From assembly GCF_009914755.1 (NCBI RefSeq), contig NC_060927.1: a stretch of 64,000 nucleotides of DNA; one strand, 5' to 3'. The stretch is from the human T2T-CHM13v2.0 reference genome, Homo sapiens. The translations under genes were made by a program, and so were the position numbers. Below the pieces are notes generated by a model, which saw only the letters and a list, made by a program, of their open reading frames with translations, searched no databases and had not been told where the DNA came from. This document shows positions 55,871 through 64,000 of the stretch, piece after piece (within the stretch, counting starts at the first letter, position 1; each line of letters starts with the position of its first letter).

Positions 55871-57199
55871 CAGAGCAGCATTCTTATCCAATGTCTTTCC
55901 CCTCCCAGCTGGGCACTTGAGATTTTAGAAATATCTCTTTTCACTTCTTTAGGAACCAAGTAAAACTGAGAGTTGACAATTATCTGAACAGCCAGCTAAT
56001 CCCAGCAATTATTTCCTTTAGGATGGACTGTGGTCCACTGGAGATATACTCCAGATGACTATTTAATCTTGACTAATTTCCTTCTGTTCAGCCATGGATA
56101 ATTCTAGACTTCAGATCACATTAGGGGATGAATTACTGGAATGGGATGGATGCACTGTGTATGCAGCACAAATTTCTGAGTGGGTGCAGCCTGCCCAAAT
56201 GTAACCCCTAAGGCTGTTTGTGGATACTCGTCCCAGCAGGTTTATTTAATTCTTAAACAGAAATAGAATAAATAAAATATTAAGACTACACTTTGGGAAT
56301 GTATGAATCTCACATTCATTCATTCATTCACAACTTGCTATGTGCCAGGCACTGTGCTTGGAGGTTCAGGTAACTCCTAAGAACACCTGGGCCATCCCTT
56401 CCTGCCACTTCTGGATGGATATGCTTTCTTGGCTTGGTTTCATTTCTCTTTTCTCAGAAGCCTATCATCTCCATGCAGTATGGACCCAGTTTAATCTTGG
56501 CTTGGAAATAAGCTCATTTTTCTCCCCATTTATGGAAGGGATTCTCCACAGAAAAGAGGTGATGTTGCTTGCTGGGCTGCTGGGGAGAGATCATCACACT
56601 GCCTGAGATGGCTTTTCTCCCCTCTGCAGATTCGTAGAGTCCCACTTGGACTCCAGAGTCCCATTGAGAGTATGACAGCAATGTTTATGTGCAATTCTAA
56701 TGCTGGTTTTAGCAGCATAAGTGCTTTTTAATGCATAGCATTACAGCGAGTGGGCCCTATTCTCTCAGCCTCTGAATAGCTGTCTAGAGGGGCGTAATTC
56801 CCAGCTCTGCCTCCAAGCACAGTTATTTACAAGCTCAGTTACACGTTTACGTCAAGTGTGGTGAACGCCGGGATGGAGACAGGCTGAGTTTAAAGCAATT
56901 TGGCAAGTCTTTATTTCCTGCATAATCACTCAGGTCCCTCAGCGGCCCCTGACCAGAGCGTCTGTTCACATATGTCAAAGGGAGCCTGGGAATTCGGGGA
57001 GACTGGCTGCAGGAGTAGAATTCCTTCCTTCTACCTCTCTCCCTCCAAGGTTCCCCACTGGCCTTTTAGTTGCCCGTTAGATCTCCACTTAAACCAAGAT
57101 TCTCAGCCCAAATCTGCGTACTGGTTTCTACCTCCACAGCCTTCACCCCGTCTGGAATTCTGTTAAAGTGTTTAAACTTCCTGTCCCACGCTGGCCCCC

Positions 57200-57825
57200 G
57201 GTTTCCATCCTCTGCCCCAATCCAGCCCCAGAAAATCAGACTCATTTTTTAAAAGAAAAAAATCAGATACTGATACTACTCTGCTGAAAATCCTCCAGTT
57301 ACTTCCCATCAAACTTGGAAATAAATCTCTTTACAAGCACCTACGAGGCCCAGCAGGATTTGGTTTCTGCCTGCTTCATATACCCATCGCAGGCTCCCTT
57401 CCCCCACCGCTCACTACCACCCAGTCACATTGGCTTCCTGGCTATTCCTCAGACACACCAAGTGTGTTCCTACCTCAGGGCCTTTGTATGTTCTAAGCTC
57501 AGAACACGTTATCTCTGCCTCTCCCATGGCTGCCTCTTCATTGCTCAGGTCTGAGCTGAAACCTTACTTCTTTAAAGAAGCCTTCCCTGACCATCCAGTC
57601 TGAATAATCATTTCTTTCTCCCAGTTACTCTCCACTCTACTATCCTTTATTTTCCTCAAAACACTAAACATTATTTTAAAAAATCTTACTTATTTGATTA
57701 TTTATGCACTTTTCTGTCTGCCCCACTAGAATAGAAAATCTAAGAGAGCAGGAATCTCAACTATTATAATTACCATGGCCTGGCACATACTGAATGCTCA
57801 ATAAATACTTATCAAATAAGTGAAC
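57200..57825 (+). mobile_element. L2 (L2a-like) 3' end
   Basis: CCTACCTCAGGGCCTTTG, GAAGCCTTCCCTGACCA, terminus CCTGGCACATACTGAATGCTCAATAAATACTT. Confidence 0.85.
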
Positions 57826-57958
57826 TTTCTTACCAAAGTATTAACTGATGCATGTTGTCTTATTGTTATTGCTATTACTGACAGTGCTGTTTTGTCTGTG
57901 ACTATGACCTTTTTCTATATAGTCATCTTAAAATAAATGAAATTGGGTCAGCATGATT

Positions 57959-58048
57959 TATTTTTCCTTCATTTTCCCCCTTACAATTTGATTGGTTTAT
58001 TTTTAATCAAACTAACACATGCCCAAAATATAAAGTTTCAGCTACTTC
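57959..58048 (+). repeat. 90-bp dispersed direct repeat, copy A2
   Basis: Matches 54944-55033 at 86/90. Confidence 0.93.
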
Positions 58049-58083
58049 TATAATATATGTTGTTTAAAACATAAACTAAAACA

Positions 58084-58233
58084 AGCCAGGTGTGGTGACT
58101 GATGCCTGTAATCCCAGCTACTCAGGAAGCTGAGGCAGGAGGACAGTTTGAGGCCAGGAGTTTGAGACCAGCCTGGGAAAAATAGTAAGATACTGTCTCT
58201 AAAAAAATTAATAAAATAAAATAAAACAAAACA
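58084..58233 (+). mobile_element. Free left Alu monomer (FLAM)
   Basis: Single arm GCCAGGTGTGGTG...GAGTTTGAGACCAGCCTGGG...TGTCTCT plus A-rich tail. Confidence 0.85.
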
Positions 58234-58294
58234 ACAGACTTTTCCTCATCTCTTTCTTCCTCCTTCCCACAGGCAACCATGTTTTCCTGTTTTT

Positions 58295-58497
58295 GCTGAT
58301 TATTTTCTGATTATTTTAGGATTTTCCTCTATGTTTCTAAATAACATATCTATATTGCTGATTCATGATTTTTCATTTTTAGGCATTATTTGTTGACTAC
58401 TCTCTATCAAAGATGCTAATTTATTGAGCTCTCACTATGAGAGATGGGGGTTTAGGTCTCTTTCCTACTCCCTGGCCAACCATATATATGTGCCCTT
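58295..58497 (+). repeat. ~200-bp dispersed direct repeat, copy B1 (partner 59593-59791)
   Basis: GCTGATTATT...GGTCTCTTTCCTACTCCCTGGCCAACCATATATATGTGCCCTT in both copies. Confidence 0.95.
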
Positions 58498-59108
58498 CTC
58501 AGCCATGAGCCTTCCACTAGAATAATCTTAGTTTTGGTGAAATTAATATTCCATGTTTACATTATTACAGCCAAGGCATAGAATAAAATAAGAATACTTT
58601 TCCTGTCCTGCACAACCTCTGGTCACCAAGCAGGTGCCCAGGTATTCCTATCCAAGATCCATTTGTCTTCACAGGAACTGGAGAACTGGAGATTCCTCCT
58701 TGGACTTCAGAATTGTGATGCAGCTTGGACATTCCGTCTGTGGAAAGCAAAAACGCAAAACTCTGCTTAAGTCAGTCTCCCATGCCTTGACACGTTCGCT
58801 CATCCAAATCACTGAAACTTGGGAAATTGGTTCAGAAGCACATCTGATTATGTGTCTCATGTATTCACACTGTGACACCATCATGCAGGATCCCTCTCTA
58901 GGGGGCTCTTCTCCATGGAAGCCTGAGGTTGTTGACAAACATTGTCATCAAGAGATGTAGCTTCTAGTGCACAGCTTTGTGGTCCTAGGCTTGGCTAATG
59001 CAAGTTCTTCAGTAGGAGGCTCTGAAGAAGGGCCATTTGGTCATTTGGTTCCCATTGGAGTTAAACAGAACTTATTCTAGAATAGTACAACTCTTTCCCA
59101 ATCACTTG

Positions 59109-59490
59109 TGTTATGAGCTGAATTGTGTCTCCCCAAAACTCATGTATTGAAGCCCTAAACCCCAGTGTGACTGTATTTGGAGAAAGGAACTTTTAAGAGG
59201 TAATTAAGGTTAAGTGAGAGCATAAGGATGGGGCCCTAATCCAATAAGACTGGCATTCTTGTAAGAAGAGGAAGATACACCAGGGGGCCTCTGCACATAG
59301 ATAAGGCTATGTGAAGACATAGATAGAAGACAGCCATCTGCAAGACAAGGACAGAGACCTCAGGAGAAGCTGAGCCTGCCATTACCTTGATCTTGGACTC
59401 CATTCTTCAGAACCATGAGAAATAAATTTCTGTAGTTTAAGTCACCCAGTCTGTGGAATTTTGTTATGGCAGCTACAGCTGACTAATACA
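59109..59490 (+). mobile_element. MLT1A-type MaLR solo LTR
   Basis: TGTTATGAGCTGAATTGTGTCTCCCCAAAA...GTTATGGCAGC...ACTAATACA; 5-bp TSD ACTTG / CCTTG. Confidence 0.9.
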
Positions 59491-59592
59491 CCTTGTGATG
59501 TCCATGGCATTTTAGAGCCAAGAAGGGCTCACTGTGGCAGAGAGGAACATTTACTCCTGCCCAATTTACTCAGCCCCTACAATTTCTTGGGG

Positions 59593-59791
59593 GCTGATTA
59601 TTTGATTATTTTAGGATTTACCTCTATGTTTCTAAATAACATATTATATTGCTAATCCATGATTTTCTCATTTTTAGGCATTATTTGTTGACTACTCTCA
59701 TCAAAGATGATAATTTATTCAGCTCTCACTATGATAGATGGGAGTTTAGGTCTCTTTCCTACTCCCTGGCCAACCATATATATGTGCCCTT
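59593..59791 (+). repeat. ~200-bp dispersed direct repeat, copy B2
   Basis: About 7 substitutions and 4 small indels relative to 58295-58497 (hand count). Confidence 0.95.
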
Positions 59792-60399
59792 ATATCAGCC
59801 CCAACCCCTTTTCTGGACCATACTGGGTCCACACTGGGACCATACCCCTTTTCTGGTGTATGCATATGCTGAGTGGAATTTAGAATCTCTTTCTTACCGA
59901 CCTACATGCTGCTCAACTGCTTTTTCTACACAAGTAGAAGTATTTCACTTTTAGAATTCATCTTGATTCCTGAGGATTTACATGCTGAGTTACTTCAAGT
60001 TGAAGGAAGCCAGAATTTGTATGGACCTCATGCCTCCACCCAGGGTGGAATTTACAGCATTATAAAGGCTTTTCATGGCCTTTGTAAAGTTTTAAAACTG
60101 TTAAATTTTAACAACTCAGGTTGTAGGTTCATAGAGACACCCTATAAGTATTCTCATAATGAGCAATGAATTTTCTTCTGGAAATGGATAGAAGCTCATT
60201 TCTGTTGGGTGCAGTTTCATCTTTTCTAAGGAAGCCATTTTTCATTTGTCATAGGATTTGAAATTTTAAAAAATTGTCTAGAGTTGTATAGCATAGCTGT
60301 CTTAATCACAAATAAATTGGCTTTTAAATGCCATTCACATACTTTCTCATACCTCAGCTTGAGTTGACTTTTTATTATTTGCTTCATTTTTTATCAATG

Positions 60400-61700
60400 T
60401 AATACATGTATGTTTTTTAAAAATTGCACTTTATCAAAAAGGAAACAATGGCCCTTTATCCTAGCCACCTCCATCCTCATTTCTGTTTCCCCAACACCAG
60501 CATTTGTTTTTTACTTGTTTAAGCTATTTTTTTCTACTAGTTACTTCTATATTTCCAGATAATGTGCTTCTACCACTATTTCAATGATTTATCCACTGTT
60601 GACATTATCTATTGATTATGGTGTTAAGATTAATGGATGTTTAACTTTCTTAGGCTGTCCCCTCCTCACCCATCCATGTCCTCCTAATATAGTTATTTCA
60701 CCATTTTTGTTAAATCAATAATAGGTAGCTTACATCATTATGACACAGTAAACGTGTCCTCTCCAAAGCAAAGGAAGGTGCATAACTACATTTCCTCTCT
60801 TGTATAGTGTTTTGTCTTGTCTGGTGTCTCATTGCCTTACTCATTTCCTGCTGTCTTTCTGTCATTAGCATACCCATAGCATGTGTTTACATCATAATAT
60901 CAGGAATTGCATTGAGTCCCCTCTTTCCGGAAGACCCCTTTCCCAGATCCCCCTCTCCAATCTGCACCAAGTACACTCTGGACCTGCTGCACAGTCGCTG
61001 TCCTGGAAAGTCCGTCCACTGCTGTGCTGGGTTGACTGCCATCCTCCTGCATGCAGTTACTACTCTCGTCTTGTTTCACCTCTAGTTTTACTCAAGCACA
61101 TCTAAGAGGAGAAGGTATCTGTAACTTTGCATGTAATAAAATGTTGTTATTTTTCTCCTCACGTTTGATTGGTAGTCTGATGAATGTAGAATTCTAGGTT
61201 GAAAATAATTTGCCTTCACATTTTTTGAGACACTGTACCACTGTATTCTTTTTTTTTTTTCTGAGTCAGGGTCTCGTTCTGTCACCCAGGCTTGAGTGCA
61301 GTGGCACAACCTCTGCCTCCTGGGGTTCAAGCGATTCTCATGACTTAACCCTTAGCCTCCTGAGTACCTGGGATTACAGGTGCAGGCTACCGCTCCTGGC
61401 TAATTTTTGTATTTTTAGTAGAGATAGGGTTTTGCCATGTTGGCCAGGCTGGTCTTGAACTCCTCAGCTCAAGTTATCTACCTACCTCGGCCTCCCAAAT
61501 TGCACCATTATATTCTAATATCTAATAGTACTGATGCTGAGGAGTTTGTTGCCATTTTGATTCTTGTTTTTTCTACATGTTCTTTTTCTTTCTGCTCTGG
61601 AAGCTTTTAGGATTGTCTTTTATCCCTGAGTTTCTGAAAATTCATGATAAAATTATTAATGTGAGCCCTCTTAAAATTAATTATTTTGGAAACTTAGTGC
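60400..61700 (-). mobile_element. Ancient HAL1/L1M remnant with L1 ORF1-like sequence, interrupted by Alu
   Basis: Minus-strand peptide [10 protein letters not shown] resembles the L1 ORF1 C-terminal FQPRI(S/L)YP motif; AGAATTCTAGGTTGAAAATAATTT. Confidence 0.6.
61250..61500 (-). mobile_element. 5'-truncated Alu (J/early S)
   Basis: Poly-T followed by GAGTCAGGGTCTCG...; degenerate TSD TGTACCACTGTATTCT (61234-61249) / TGCACCATTATATTCT (61501-61516). Confidence 0.88.
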
Positions 61701-62249
61701 TGAAACTAGCTGAAGGTCACTAGGTAAGGCTTGCTGACTGGTGAGCCCTGCTTTAGACTGAGCAGGCAGGGCTGCTGGGGCACCCCTAGGTGTCAACACA
61801 CAGGACCATCCAGAGAAAAACCTCTGAGCCACATGATGGAGTGGACACCTGATCACTGACATTCTGTAGATGAGGTGGTGGGTGATGGAAGACCAGGGTT
61901 GACTGATGTGAGTTCATCTTTAGTGTTAATCCCCTGTCTTCAGCCCTATGCCTCCTCACTTCTTAAATGGCACCTCCCAGTTACTCCCCAGGATCCTAAG
62001 GGCAAATTGGCTCTCTGTTCAATCCACACTTCAGGCGATGGCTTCCCTCTCTGCTTTTCTATTTACCTTCCAGCATCTAAAATTAAGTTTCCTGTCACTG
62101 ATGTCTTCTCTATCAATCCCTGTGACCTTGTTGGTTTATATATTATATTTCTTTAACAGAGTCTTAGGAAGGAGAGTACAGAATCCTCCACGTCTAACGC
62201 TTTACCTTTAATAAAAAGACAGACTGAGTTAAGTCGTATTTTTAAAATA

Positions 62250-62520
62250 CAGTCATTATATGATTCCTTTTATAGGAAATATCCAGAATAGGCAAATCAT
62301 AGAGACAGACAATAGATTAGTGGTTAGCAGGGGCAGCGGGGAGGATGGAATGAGTAGTGACTGCTCAATGGCTATGGGGCTTCCTTTCAGGGTGACAGAA
62401 ACATTCTGGATTAAATAGAGGTGACAGTGTGAATGTACTTAACGCCACTAAATTATACATTTTTAAATTGTTAAAATGGAAGTTTTATATTACATGTATT
62501 TTACCACAATAAAAAAAATA
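62250..62520 (+). mobile_element. L1MB-type 3' end
   Basis: TATGATTCCTTTTATAGGAAATATCCAGAATAGGCAAATC...AGATTAGTGGTT...TTTTACCACAATAAAAAAA. Confidence 0.85.
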
Positions 62521-62710
62521 CATAGTAAAAAATATACAGTGACCATGGAGAGCTTACAAAAGATTTTCACAAACAGTATATTCAGGTTATGCTGCCATTA
62601 GAGTCCTGTTGTTCTGTAATTGGTGGTAATATCCTTTACCATGGAAATTTAAAAATACCAGCCTTCCCCATTTAGATTTTTAAAAATCAACTCATATTTG
62701 GATACTCCCA

Positions 62711-63007
<297 letters not shown>

Positions 63008-63559
63008 TATTCCCAATTTTGACTTTTCCTCCACTATTATTTAATTTCTGACACCTGATGTCTCTTAGCTATCCTAAAACCAAATAAAAGATGTTCTCTT
63101 ATTTACTGTAAGAATAGATATATAGAATTATTTCAAGTGTAAAATATCAGTATCTCTTGTCATTCCACAAAGAGCCCAAGCCACCCCTAAATTTTCTCTC
63201 TTTCATTTGCTTAGAAAGTATAATACTCAGCTGTTAATCAAATGAACAAATAAAATAGCAGCTTTTTATGAAGAGTTATTGTAAAACTACGAACTATTTC
63301 ATTAACTAAATCAGAAAATGCCAATAGCAACTTAGCTATTGAGCAGCCTTGGGTGTTTGGAAGAAACAGGCCCACACATCTGGGAAGTGATAATTCACTG
63401 AACAAAGGTGGCCAGATTTCCCTGACCTCATCAACCCCAGGGATCCTGGGATGAGAACCCTCCAGCTCTGACCAGAGGCCAGTCCCCCTTCCTGGTGCCC
63501 CTCTGACCAGCCTGACCTGTGCTGTCTTTAGGTCATCCTCACACTGGCTTAAAACCAGC

Positions 63560-63780
63560 TAACATTGATTGAGCAGTTAGTACATATTAAGAGCTTTAAA
63601 TGGACCATCTTTTTGAAACCTCACAACAAATTATTGTTCCTCTTTTACAGATGAGAAAGCTGAGGCCTGGGGAAGTTAACTAATCTGCCCAAACCTTTAT
63701 AGGTAGTAAATGGCAGGGCCTGAAGGTAAACCCAGGCAACCTGCCTCCAAAGCCTAGCCTTGTAACTATTAGGTAATATC
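63560..63780 (-). mobile_element. MIR
   Basis: TTTTACAGATGAGAAAGCTGAGGCCTGGGGAAGTTAACTAATCTGCCCAA. Confidence 0.85.
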
Positions 63781-64000
63781 TTCCCTTTTGCAAATTAGAA
63801 CCTACAATTTCAGACCCCATGGTCACTGTACAGCTTACATATGTTTTTTAAAATCATAAAGCCTCTGGAGGAGCAATTGTCATGGGACCCCAATTTTCCT
63901 CATAATGTCACATTTATGTGTGGTGCCAACAAAATAGAGTTGTCAGGAGGAGGAGGGAGCCCAGGTGCAGCTCTCTCTGAAGTACTCTGGCATGTTCATG

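Noticed and set aside
58565-59100. Possible processed pseudogene between duplication copies B1 and B2
   Set aside because: No recognisable protein in the supplied ORFs and no poly(A)/TSD seen; a BLASTX search would be needed to exclude it fully.

Overview
This is eukaryotic, human DNA: two AluYa5 copies and an intact 240-aa SOX14 ORF identify the SOX14 locus (3q22.3 from general knowledge). The only credible protein-coding gene is intronless SOX14 (13390-14112, +). It lies in a CpG-rich domain (~8.9-20.8 kb) that is almost free of transposons and contains AT-rich, motif-dense blocks that look like developmental enhancers. The left end is a dead, near-full-length primate L1 with a younger L1 3' end nested inside it. 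The right ~40 kb is gene-desert DNA layered with MIR, L2, old L1/HAL1, Alu, MaLR/ERV LTRs and hAT MITEs. Nearly all other ORFs in the track are repeat-, microsatellite- or GC-derived artefacts. I found no support for a new multi-gene system. The best leads are: an E-box-N8-GATA composite downstream of SOX14; three palindromic TF-site pairs; a 3-codon uORF; a possible spliced lncRNA starting at the distal CpG edge; two inverted AluYa5 copies bracketing the gene; a chimeric L1/Alu insertion; and two short, similarly aged local duplications. Repeat subfamily calls and the boundaries of old repeats were made by eye and are approximate.
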